This document shows, piece after piece, positions 35,746 through 48,300 of a stretch of DNA of 60,886 bases. Origin of the DNA: Atractiella rhizophila (lineage: Eukaryota); contig MU271460.1 in the NCBI GenBank assembly GCA_021432655.1, forward strand, positions 1 through 60,886. Reading direction: 5' to 3'. The notes beneath the pieces are model-generated. The model was given only the letters and a program-made list of their open reading frames with translations. It ran no database searches and was not told the DNA's origin. How positions within the stretch are numbered: position 1 is the stretch's first letter; every line of letters starts with the position of its first letter. Made by a program: the position numbers and the translations under genes.

Positions 35746-37807
35746 TCATTCGAAATGCCCATTCTTGAAGAAACCATCCACCATCTCCTGACTTCTAATT
35801 GAAATAACGCTCAATAATGTATCACTAATGCCATGAGTCGCTTGATTGCTACCCTGCAGCCAAACGGTGGGTTTGAACGTCCCTCTCCTGCCCCGATACT
35901 GGAAATGTCGAGGTATAAGGAGTTGGTAGTTCCGGGACACCTTCCAATCGCGTCCCGTTGGAGAAGGTGACACCCTTTTGCTCTCTTCAGCAGCAAATGA
36001 AGAGGGGGTTGTTATGTTTGTGAGATGGGACTGAGAGAGAAGCCGTTCGTCTTCATCGGAATCGCCAGCGGCTGAGTTCCGCGAACTCGAAGAACTCGAA
36101 CTCGGAGTAGGAGAGACCTCACTCGTTTGGATCGGTTCGATGAATTGAGGGAAAATCTCGGAGAGTCCAACCTCCATCACCGCTTTCTCCTCTGTGACGT
36201 CGAAAGCAGGAACCTCCAGTCCAAGGACACCCTTCCATCCATCCCTCTTGTACCCCGTCCCAAGAAAGACAGCATCATATTCTATCCGTTCCTCAGCATT
36301 GGTGAAGAGACTGTTGTGAATATCAAAAATGAGAGAGCGAGAGCAGTCCGGAGAAGTCGATACGCTGACGATTTTTCGATTTGGAAGGATGCGTAATTTG
36401 GGTTGCGATTTCGTCTCCAGCTTCTGGTTGTACCTGCGACGAGAACTCAGTCAAAAATGGTGTGATTTGTATTATGGGAACTGGTCTTACATTGTCTCGT
36501 AGAGCTGAAAAGGCGTTGATTAGCGACCATCAATGGTCAGAGAAGAGAAGGCTCACGGTCTGGAGGGTATGTGCATTCACCACGCTGTAATTCGTAGCCT
36601 TCATTTCCTTCAGTAGCTTCTCCCTTGCTTTCCCATTCCCGTCCGATTCTCCTCTCCCTTCAGCCTGAACATCTCCGATCCCACCCAACCCCTCCTCCCT
36701 CAGCGACAGCACATTCAGCGGGTTCCCCACTTCCTTTCCCTCTCCTAGTTCATAGAACAGGTCCGTCATATTGGGATTGAAAATTTCGTTTGCAAATGGG
36801 CTGTCATCCGAAGGCCTAAGGCTAGTTTGCCTGATGAACAGGTCGACATGGACGGTTGCATCTTCCGGAAGAGATAGCTCTGATATCCTATCGTGGAGGT
36901 TGATGAAGACTTCTGCACTCGATTGTCCGGCTCCCACGACGGCGATTCTGACGCTTTTCTTTCCCATCGATGGAGTAGGAAATAGGGTTTTGAGGAGAGG
37001 CTCAATGACGTCGAGGTATTGTGAAGTGTGGTAGACGGAGAATGTTTCTTCAGAAACAACGATTCTGACGCTTTTCTTTCCCATCGATGGAGTAGGGAAT
37101 AGGGTTTTGAGGAGAGGCTCAACGACGTCGAGGTATTGTGAAGTGTGGTAGACCTGGAATGTCTCTTCAGACACAGGCGAGGAAGACTGGGTATGAAAAG
37201 CCTGGAATGGCTTCGGGATGCTGGGATATCCCCCAAGAGAAACGACGAGATTTTTCGCTTCCCTCTCTACGTCCCCTTCTTTGTTTCTCGAAATGACCTT
37301 GAACGTGTTGACAGTCCATTCCTCTCCCTCTCGTTCAAGGACAGCCTTCACGTGCGAGACGCTCTCCCCGTAATGTACCTTGATCTTTCCTTCTGGTTCT
37401 CCTTCGCGCACGACTTTTCCAGCCGCCCAGGAGAGATAGTCGTTAAATTCTCGCCTCGAAGGAGTGAACGTGGAGAGGTTGATGAAGCTGAGGAGGCGTG
37501 TGTTCTCGTGTAGGTAGTTGAGGAAGGAGAAGCTGGATGTCGGGTTTCGCAGAGTCACTAAGTCCTATGGGAGTAGACAGTGGGAAAATCAAACGGATGA
37601 AAGAGACAATGAACTGTATAAGCTAACCTTCAAGAAAGAAATTTGCATGTGCGACCCTTTGATCATCATCCCTGGATGCCACTTGAACTTGTCGTTGTAT
37701 TCGATGAATTCTACGCCATGGGGAGCGTCGCCTTTCTCGAGTAAACAGATGGCAATAGCCAGATTCGAAGGTCCAAATCCTAGACCAAGCAGAGGAGCTG
37801 GAGACAT
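35746..37807 (-). CDS. sidA: L-ornithine N5-monooxygenase (hydroxamate siderophore biosynthesis)
   Basis: GLGFGPSNLAIA (FAD), WHPGMM...MQISFLKDLVTLRNP, PSRREFNDYL, HTSQY, VVGAGQSSAE (NADPH), PSDDSPFANEIFNP, TNYSVV, DAVFLGTGY and HGISDTLLSV. Confidence 0.96.
36943..37175. repeat. In-frame 117-bp tandem duplication inside sidA
   Basis: VSEETFQVYHTSQYLDVVEPLLKTLFPTPSMGKKSVRIV followed by VSEETFSVYHTSQYLDVIEPLLKTLFPTPSMGKKSVRIA. Confidence 0.95.
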
Positions 37808-38030
37808 GGTGGTTATGACGAAGCTGTCGAAATCGAGCAATCGGATGAGGTCAGCTTCCAAGAGATGTTGAAATGCGTCGTACAGGCTGAAGCGCAGCAG
37901 GCTTGATCGATGTCAGATGTCAGGGTATATCCTGTAGGATGTATAGGGAGACTTTGAGGGAGTAAGCTTTGTTTTCCTTGCAGCAGATGGAAAAAGTTGG
38001 AGTAAAGGGCAAAAGTGGTGATGAACCGGT

Positions 38031-38060
38031 ATCTGATAACTGCGCTATCTTATAAGATAA
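38031..38060. promoter_or_regulatory. Cluster of GATA sites (SreA/Urbs1-type iron repression) upstream of sidA
   Basis: ATCTGATAA at 38031-38039 matches ATCWGATAA exactly; CTATCT and AGATAA follow within 21 nt, about 230 nt upstream of the ATG. Confidence 0.7.
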
Positions 38061-38758
38061 TTTTCCCTCCTCAGCCCCCTCAGCCTGTTTAAATTGCTCA
38101 ACGGACCAGCGATCTCTCACTGACTCTAGAGCTACGAAGCACGCGCTGGGGCGTGATCTCGCCTTCCATTCGGTCGCCTTCCTCCAATCGCAAGAGAGGA
38201 AGGAGGAAAGACACGGGAGCCAAACGAAGACGTGAACCGAAAACATCACCCCAATTCATCCATAGTGCAATCTCAAGCTGAAATTGCCGAGCGTCGCGCC
38301 TTGGTCGCGCTCAAAAGATGAGCATGATCAAAATGCTCAACTCGAATGGACCATTCATGTCAGAGTGGAACATGTCCCGTTTCCCGGTTCAGCCGCTCCG
38401 GGTTGGCTCTTTCACGAGCACGTCACCAAACAAGATAAATCGATGTCCCCAAACGGATAGGCAAGCAGACAACTGGATTAAACCCCAGCTGCCATACTGT
38501 GCCCCAATCCAGCTTCGAAAACATCTTGAACCGTCGAAATTGGTAACTGTTGTGGCAGGTCGTTGTCCGAATTCGGACAAAACGCGTCAATAAGGTTCAC
38601 GGAAGTGAAGTGAGTGAGACAACAAGACGGATAGGCAAATGGCTCGAGCCTTCTTCCCCTTTGAGACCAGCGCCCTTTCATATAATATCCTTCTTCCTCT
38701 CATACCGCCACCATACCACCGCCTGACAGCCCAGTAATTCCTCTCGGGGGACGAAGAA

Positions 38759-40786
38759 ATGGCGCTCGCTTTTTCACCATCTGAACTCGACCAAATCTCA
38801 CGCGCCATTCGTACGAGACAACCGGCAGTTGCAGAGGAAACGAACAGGATCGACGAGGAAATGGAAAGGGAGACAAGAAGAAGGCCGCTAAACTGTAACC
38901 TGAAGACGGAGGAAGAATTGAAGAAAATGTTTGGCCCGTACATCATCCCGCTTTCAGGCGATGATTTCGTGCGCGAATTCAACGCAGAAGTTATCTGTAC
39001 GCGTTTTCTTCCCTTCTGCATGTTTGGGTAGGCGTTGAACATACATGCAGTGGAATGCGAGAGAGAACGAAAGTATGGAATCTACTGGGGCCGCAGAATC
39101 TCTCATACTGGTCAGTCCCGCTCCGCTTTACATGACTCGTCGAGTCTCATAAGCTCCATTCTGTAGAAGAAATGATGGTGAATCCACCATCCAAAAAGGT
39201 GGATCTCCCACACGCTTTTCCTCAAATTCTGGACGAAGTAGTGGACTGTCCAACGACGGTTATTATCCCGCCTCCAAAACGGGCGAACGGTGCGCAATTT
39301 CTGAATATTGAATTTCAACCGTTAAATTCCGTCATAGATTCTTTCCCGAGGAAGCCGCTGCCATTTCTCAAAAAGATAGCAAGTCTGGCGAGTATTCTTC
39401 GTAACCGTGCGTCGTTTCACTCTCCCTGCGCTCACACTGACTCATACTATTCATCAGATATCAATGCAGCAGAAGATCAGCAAGTTGAGAGCTCCTCCAC
39501 CGAAGGCGAGAAATCTATTGATCAACGTACGTTCTTCCTTCTTTGCTCGGGACATAGCTGATCAGTTTCCGCTTCTTTCTCCAGACGCGCCACCTTCGTT
39601 CGTACGCAAACTTTCCCGCTCTCGTTCGTCCATCTCTACCGCCTCCGAGCAAGTGGAAGAAGCCTTTGGAGAACGGAGAAGAACCACCGTTGTCGCCTCA
39701 CCATCGCCTGCGGTCAGAGAGCTCAACGCTCGTCTTGGAAAGACTGTGACGACGATTAGCACTTCATCTTTCCCGTCAGCTGGAATTGTTCTGCCCCCAA
39801 TGGAAAGGACACCTACAGTCACGAAAGCGTCGTACTTGAACCTTGAGGCAGACATGAACGAAGACGAGTTCACAACTGTTTCTGCAGACGAGGCACAAAC
39901 AGCTTCCGACGAGTCTGAAGAAGAGTGGAACAGCGAAGGAGAAGACACAGAAACCGAAGAGGAGGTACCGCACTTTGATGCTGAGATGGAGGATGACGAC
40001 GAGGAGTCAGCATGGGAAGACATGGGATCTATTGGCGCATCAGAAGATGAAGACGAGGAAACAAGCATTGAAGAAACGATGCATACAAACGCGATCCACC
40101 GCACACTCGCACGCCAAACATCTTGGGCTCCGGCGCTTTCGCCTATCCGGGAAGGAAGAGACGAATCAATTTTGCTCTCTCCCCGAAGGACGAGAACTCG
40201 CTTCGCGCCGGATTCTTACGTGACACCTTCACCATCCGGCACAATCCCAACCCTACTCGAGTCTCCAGACATGTTTGACGGTCCGTCGGACACTTCGACT
40301 CAGAACACCAGTCCCGCTTCCTCCATTGAGATCCTCGACGGTATTACCGCTCCTCCGCCTCCCAGCACAACCCCAGCCGCTCCACATACGACGCCTGTTG
40401 TCACTCGTACCCGTCTTGCCGTTCGACGCGCAATTGCTTTCGGTGTTCCTCCACCGACTCCCATCAGAAGAAGAAGGTTCTCCGGGAGCAGTTCATCGGA
40501 GGAAGAAGAGATGGAAGAGTTGGATGGAGAAGGAGGACTGGAAGCGATCCGCTGGGAACTTTTTCGTTCCGGACTTCAGGCCATGGAGGACTCCGACGAC
40601 GAAAGTGAGTCGACAGTGTATCCCCAGGGTGATCCATTGCCCAATGACTCTCATGAAACCCTGGTTGGCTTGGGCGTTGAGATGTTTGAACAGTTGAAGG
40701 GTATCAAGGAAAGCCTGGAGAACGTCCTGTCGTGGTCGGATCGGCCAAGCTCCAGGAGCAGTTCGGTCGAGGACGTGTTTGCATGA
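38759..40786 (+). CDS. Hypothetical protein, acidic/Ser-rich and largely disordered, 4 exons
   Basis: ORFs 38759-39031, 39172-39561 and 39407-40786 join through short GT-AG introns; no recognisable domain. Confidence 0.65.
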
Positions 40787-42399
40787 ACATTGTTGATGGA
40801 TTCTATCAGATTCTATTCGAATTTCTTTTCCTTTGTCTCAATCTTGTATCATCTTTCTTGATCCAACATAGCTTGTCAATTCGCGTTTCTTTTTCATCCC
40901 CTCTTCTTGTATACCAACTTATGTCGTTCTTGAGCCATATTTCGGCAGAAAATTGCTGATACGCATACCCTTTTTCGTCTTTACTTCAGTTCTGATGCGT
41001 GATTTCTCGGCTCTGGTTTCTAAATCTTGGCTTGCTCTCACGTTATGTTGTTGTAATCTACCACTCGCTCCGTTCAGCACAGTAGCTGCAGCACCCTTGA
41101 GGCGCATGATTTCTTGCTTCGCCTCTGTGTTTGTAGCTGATATCGTAGCGAATAATACCTGATGTACTCCAGTTGTTCCTAAATTTGCAGCCCGGTACTC
41201 TTTGTAAGGGCACAAGTAAATGATGACAGCAGCTGTGTCATTTGTAAGAGGTCTAGGGACGCGACAGTGTTCAACAATCTGCACACTCCTGTGAAAAACG
41301 AGTGGACTTGTACTTCCGAGGACTGAGTCGGACCATAATATGCTGCATTTCTCCATAGATATGCCTTTGCGGAAAGATGTACAGAGCGGTTGAAGGTACT
41401 CGCTTCCATAGACACAATGTTCTATTCACAACACCTTCCAAAAGGTGACACCACCTTTGAAGGTTTGAAATATGTTTTGAATGACTTCAAGAGCTATTGA
41501 ATTGGCGAGCATCACAATCGCATTCCTATAAACCTGAATTTTACAACGAAATTAGACAGGAAGTGTTTATAAGTTCAACACATCTTTTTATACAGGATAC
41601 ATACATTAGTAGTTAGTGGACTGTTTGAGGTGGAAGCAAGGTTCGAACTTCCTAGTGATCTCAATCAAGCAGAAAGATCATTGAAAGTCTTCCAGATCAC
41701 GACGTTCATGCAGTTTAGCTTTTTCTTCAGAAACCTAGTCCACTCTCAAGTGCTCTAGCATGGTTTCATTATCACGTAGCAACACTAGAAAGGTTCTTCT
41801 TATGTCAGCTGATTGCTGCTCAGGCGGAATGTTGCACTTTTGCACTGCTGTTTGCGATGTTGGCATTTCGAGAAATTGCGTTCCAGCATCTTGCACCTGC
41901 TTGCACAGTTGTGCATTGCCAGCGCTTTCCCATGGGAAAAATGAAAGTTCCATCCACGTCTTTCATGACGCTTCTCTCGCAAAACGTGTGCAATAGCAAC
42001 AGACAGCCGTAGTTTCTGTGGTCTCCAGAGTCCCAGAGAATAGGAAAGATTTGGGGACCTTTTGTTGGAATGTCGAGCAAACACAGGAGCCCGAAAAGTC
42101 GACTCTCACGCTCATGATTTCCGGAGCAATTCCTCTCTGTCCATTCACATTCCCGGGCGCATGAGATCCGACACATGCACTGGATGTAACGTTGTGATGC
42201 GCTGTGGTATTTCTGGCTTGTGAGGCTGTAAATACGGAACGGTCGAGTAACGAAGGTCGTCGTTGGTGATCGCTCCGACTCACGCATTCCTTCATCTCCA
42301 TCCACCAACATCCTTGCATTTGGACTCGCCCAAGTGCTCACAACTGCCGCTACAACGACCATTCAAGTAATTTCTACGTATTCTTCTAATAGTTAGCAT

Positions 42400-45300
42400 A
42401 TGAACTCTTCCTCCTACCTTCGCCCGTCGTCCCCTTCGCACAATCCATCCCACGACTCCTTCATCTCCCTCTACGCCCACAATGACACGGCCGCCGCTTC
42501 GAGCTCAAACGTCAACGCGACGGCATCGACGACGACGGCGCACAGGACTGGAAGTCCGGTGAACGAGAGCGGGAGTGGTGATTGGAGGGAGTTGAGGCGG
42601 AGGAGCGGAGCTTATGGTGGAAACCCGCGAGGAGAGGGTAGCGATATGGGTCTTGGACTCGGAGGAGGGAGTGGTGACTTTTCACAGACTGTTCCGTTGG
42701 CATATCCTGGTGTTGCGGCGGGGAATGAGAGAGGAAGGGGCAGGAGAGACGATCAATGGCAATGGCGCGAGTCTGGAGACCCCTCAACTTCGTATCACGA
42801 TTCACCAACGTCTTCCACCTCCTCACTCCCACTCTCCGACTCAGCGAAGGAGACACTACGTTCTCCCTACTTGCAGAAACGAGGAGGGAAACAAGCCTTC
42901 CACGCCATACCCAACACTTCCTACTCCAATCCTCAACTCATCACCGCTTCGTCCTCTTCCCATCCGCCGGGAGATCCATCCTCATCCCTCGAAGCCACAC
43001 TCGCTCCCCCTCGCCCTTCCACGTCTTCTTCCAAACCTAACCGTCCACGGGTATCGATATCCACCTCCGTAGCCCCTGCATCAGCCCAAGACGCAGTCTC
43101 ACCCATCGGTCGTGCTGCCCATGCATTGCGTCGCCTCTCGTTAAGAGTAGTGAACGCCAACGCCGACTCTTTCTCTCGTCGCTCCCGCCAATTCATCTCT
43201 CCCATCACACCTCACCCAGGACAAGGACGCGAACGTGCGACTCGATATCATGAGCGGATACGGGATAGTCGAGAGGGAGGATTCGGAGACGACGAAGAGG
43301 ACGAAGAGGAAAAGGAGGAGAAAACTATGCCCATGCATGAGCGTGAAGAACGGATCTTGCTCGATCGAGACGCTGGATATTCATATCCTGGTTTCGATGG
43401 CATCGAAAAGTTGCGAGGATATTCTTTGGGATTGTTTGGACCGGATAATTGGCTCAGGCTTCGATTGGCCAGACTCCTGAGGGCAGCTTGGACAGAACCT
43501 CTCATCTTACTCCTCATCATCGCCAATGTCGTCGTTCTCACCCTGCAAGCGTCTAAGAATGCCTTGACAGAGAAGCAGTTTCGTAAACCGGGTTATTTTC
43601 ACGCATGGGAGGATTATGCACTTTTCGGTCTCTTCGTCGCCTTCACGTATGTTCTTTCCTCCTCTTTCTGGTTAAGCAACATTGACCGGCTGTGACTCCG
43701 TGTCATAAAAGCATTGAAATGTTCGCCCGCATCATCGTGTCAGGATTGATTTTTGGCCCGAACGAGCAAGCCGAGCTGCTCCAACGCGGAGGCAGCATTA
43801 CACGCTCCATTCGTCCGACGGGACGAATGTCGCTATCGGATATGGGGAAACGACTCACGCGACCGATTGAAGAGTTGATGAATTCTTCCTTCAGCCATGG
43901 GATCGGCGGTTCGAAGACAGGTGTAGGAGGAGGGAGGAGGAAAGAAGAGATGTTGGAGATGGAGGCGACACATGAAAAATGGGGAAGCGCGATGTCTTAC
44001 AACTCCACAACCTCCCTCGTGTCGAAATCAACCTCGACGAACGGGAGCGCGAAGAGGTATGGGAATGCGAGTGCGACTTCGGTCCCCATGGGCATCTCAA
44101 GTTCGCTCAATGGACAGAAGAGCAATAGTACCCTCAAAGGAGCACCATTCAAACTTGCGATCGAAAGGCAGGTGGAGAGCGCACAAACTCCGTATCTCAG
44201 ACATAGTTGGAATCGGGTCGACTTTGTCGCCATACTTGCTTTCTGGACCGTTTTTGCACTCGCGATTGCAGATGTGGAGTATGATAAACATATCTACTTT
44301 CTCAGGGCGCTATCGGTGTTGCGTGCCGCTAGGTTGCTCACTATCACTTCTGGGACTTCAGTCCGTCTTCACTCCCTTGTATCATTCTGAAAGAGATACT
44401 TACAAGAGGGGCGAATAGACTATTCTTCAGTCATTGAAAGTAGCCGGTCCTCAACTTGTCAATGTTGCCTTCTTTGTCTTCTTCGCCGTCATCCTCTTCA
44501 GTATCATTGGCGTCCAATCCTTCAAAGGCTCTCTCAAACGGAACTGCGTCTGGATAGATCCAGAGAACCAAGCTAACCTCACGCTTGAGAATCAGTTTTG
44601 TGGCGGACACATCGACCCTGAGACCGGTTTGGAGGTGGGATACTTGCCGAAGGGCGAGAATGTACCAGTAGAAGGTGGCAAGGGGTTTATTTGCCCATTG
44701 GGACAGTTATGCATCGTGCGTTGTTTTGTATGGCCGATTGAGACGGAGCGGGCTTGATGCGTCAAATGGCTACAGGAAGCTACGAATCCGAATAATGGAA
44801 CACAGAGCTTTGATCATATTTTTGCTGCTTCTCTACAAGTCATCGTCATCTCTTCTGGTACGATTCCTCCGTTTCCTCAACCAGACGATGTTGATGTGAT
44901 TGTTGATGGATAGCGAACACATGGACCACTCTCATGTTCTCAATGATGGACGCGGACTTTTTCGCCTCCTCCCTCTTTTTCATCATCTGCGTAATAATTC
45001 TCAACTTCTGGCTTGTCCAGCTCTTCATCGCCGTCATCACCAACACCTTCGCAACTATCACAGAAGAGACGAAGCAGAGCGCATTCGCGTCGCATCAAGT
45101 GGGGCCGTTTTTGAGCGAACTGGATGGAGAGGGATGGAATCTGACGGATGGAAGGAGAAAGAAAATGCCGAGCAGGTTCAGGACCATTTATGAGAAGACC
45201 GCTTTCGTATGGATTATCCTTATCCTGGGTGATATCGCCTTTCAAGGCTCAAAGGAGGCGGGTATGTCGCAAAACGCGTTGGATCTTTTGGGTATGCCTT

Positions 45301-48300
45301 CCATGAGACCGTTAGGCGACTGCTGAAAGGGATTGCAGACAAAGTCGAACTGGTATTCACAATTATATTCGCTGCCGAGATCCTGCTCCGCTTCTTCTCC
45401 TATCTGCCCGATTGGAGATCATTCTTCTATCGCGCTGCCAACATTGCTGATACCGCCATCGCAATTATTACCCTTATCATTCAAATACCTGTTATCAAAA
45501 ATTCGGAGGCATACCCATGGCTCACTGTCTTTCAAATTCTTAGATTCTATAGGGTCATCCTGGCAGTGCCGAGGATGAAACCTCTTTTGGTGTGTCGTTT
45601 ACTCAATGGGTAGGTATGAAGGTGATGCTAAGATCCTATCAGATGCGTTTGTTCGGAAATGTCTCGGGACTGATCAACATGATTTTATTCCTCCTTCTGA
45701 TCAACTTCATTGGCGCTCTTATTGCAAGTAGCTTACTTCATGAGACGCTGTAGCTGACTTGGGAATGTAGGCCGTACAGTTTTTGCGAGGTGACATCCCT
45801 GAGGACAGCGGTGAGATGAATTTTAAGCATATTTACAACGGTTTCCTCGCCATGTATCAGGTCAGTTCCATTATACACTCCCCCCGCTTGGTAACCTCTC
45901 ACAATGCTCTATAGATCTTCTCGTCCGAAAACTGGACAACGGTTCTCTATAGTGGAACCTCCTCCGAGTCAGAGTGGAACCAGGCGTTTATCGTCGCCAT
46001 CTTCCTTGCAGGTTGGCTTATATTCGCGTACTGTCCGTATTCAGGCTATGTTTAAAAATACTGGCTGATGTTGCCGTGAAGTTATTCTTCTGGCTATGTT
46101 TATCGCTGTCATCAATGAGAGCTTTTCAGTCGCAGAGGAGCAGAAAAGGGAAGCTCAACGAAAGGCATTCGTAGAAGGTCAACAACCCTCACAGCTCGAG
46201 AAGAACTGGTTCACTCGCTTCAATCCCTATCGATATTTCAAGCCAAAACCTAAAGCAGTCGCCGTCGAGAATATCCCTTCCAGTTTAGTGCTGCCGATGA
46301 AGAAGAATGTGGTGAGGGACTACATGACCGGGCAGGAGACGTTGCAGGCGAGCTTCATTCACCATCACGAGAAGAAAATACTAAAGAAGGAATAGCCCAC
46401 TGATCCGGCATTGAGATCTGCCGCTTTCGTGCGAAGAGCGCGACGCGTCCTTCGTCTGGATGGAGATGTAAAGCCGGAAAAGGGGGAAGATGTCAAGCGT
46501 AAGTCTTTGGACGACGATGGAGACCAAGACGATTGGGAGAGCCAACTGTTCGTCTTTAACGCAAAAGTATGTCTATTATGCTGATGAAATTGCAGTGCTC
46601 TCCTGTCAACGCAGACACCCCGAGAAATGGGAGACATGGCAGACCTTCAGGCAGAGCGAATTGCTCTGCAGCGGGATTTCATCAGCAATCATCCCACGTA
46701 TGATCGGTCCCTTTGGATATTCTCTCAGAGGAACAGGTTCCGCCGATTCTGTCAACGAGTTGCTCGACCTCCTCAGGATACTCCACGAGTGTTTGGAGTG
46801 TTGACGGACCCAATATACAGTAGAATCTTTCAAATTGTAGTCTTCATCGCCATCGTAGGCAGCCTTGTCGTCGCCGCTATCGCTACTCCTCCCTACCGTC
46901 GAGAGTTCCTTCTCGACCACGGTGAACTTCGCTGGACATGGTTCAATTTGACAGAAGGTAAGCTCATTTCATTAGCACTGATCAAACGCTGATACCTTTT
47001 TAGTTTCTCTGGGATTTATCTTTGTGGTAGAGTTCCTCATCAAGATCATCGCAGACGGTTTCATCTTCGCCCCTCATGCCTACCTTCTCAGTACCTGGAA
47101 CCGTATCGATTTCTTCATTCTTCTGGCTACCGTCGCTAATATCGGCACGGCCATCTCCAGCGGAGGAGGGGTCAACGCTTTCACTCGAGCTTTGAAGGCA
47201 CTTCGTGCTCTTCGCCTCATAACCATCACTACACGAACCCGCGATACGTTTTATGCCGTGTTCATCATCGGGGCCAGTCGGATTCTAGACGCGTCGATTT
47301 TGGCTATCCTATACATCATTCCTTTCGCCATCTGGGGACAAAACCTTTTCTCCGGACTCTTCTACTACTGCAATGACGGCAACGCTTCTGGCAAGCAAAC
47401 ATGTCTCGGCGAATTCTCTAGCTCTCCTCTCGGAGATTGGGAGTTTTTGGCCCCACGAAGTTGGATCAATCCCTATGTTTACTCCTTCGACTCTTTTAAA
47501 TCAGCGCTACTGATCCTTTTCGAAATTATCTCTTTGGAAGGTTGGATAAACGTCATGACTTCTGCCATGGGGATTGTCGGCAAAGACCAACAGAGCGAAC
47601 AAGATGCTTCACAGCACAACTCTATCTTCTTCGTTATCTACAACCTTATTGGAGCGGTGGTCATCCTCACTCTTTTCATCAGCATCATTATCGAAAACTT
47701 TACACAGCGGTCTGGTATGGCACTCCTTACTACCGAGCAACGTCAGTGGATCGACCTGCGGAAGCTCATTTACCGGCAGAGACCCTCTCGTCGACCTCGT
47801 CAACCGCCAACCAATGGATTTAAGCGATGGTGTTACGATCGAACGATTCAAAAGAACGGTTGGTGGTCAAGGACGCTGACAGGACTCTACATTGTCCATA
47901 TTGTCGTTCTTATGACGCAAACTGACACCAGTCCTGAATGGGCTGATCGACTGAGAGGTACCCGTTTGGTTTCAATTCTCGAAAGTTGTTGTCCTCATGA
48001 TAAACTAGATTTCGTGTTCTTGTTCCTCACTATCATTTACGCTATCGACATCTTTGTTCGGTTGAACGGGTTGGGATGGACAAGCTATCGCAAGAACGGG
48101 TGGAATCTGTACGACATCCTCGTGGTCACCGGATCATTCGCAACCACGTTCCCAGTTATTTTACGAACCGCTGACCAAGCTGCCATTCAGTATGCCCAAT
48201 CTCTTGTGCTATCTAAGCTTTTCACTGATTGCGAATCAGGCTCCAAAAACTCTTCTTGGTCAGCATCGCATTCAAGCTAGTTCAGAAAAACAATAGCTTG

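Larger units (their letters stand above)
29736..36336. repeat. Direct tandem duplication B, ~3300 bp units (29736-33037 and 33038-36336)
   Basis: Duplicated ORFs offset by about 3297-3302 nt; junction ...tgagaga|aacagcaaag... at 33037/33038. Confidence 0.97.

Noticed and set aside
40919..42362. Several minus-strand ORFs (72-180 aa) and a small inverted repeat at about 41432-41464
   Set aside because: No consistent splice path or recognisable domain could be built; possibly a degraded gene, but unsupported.
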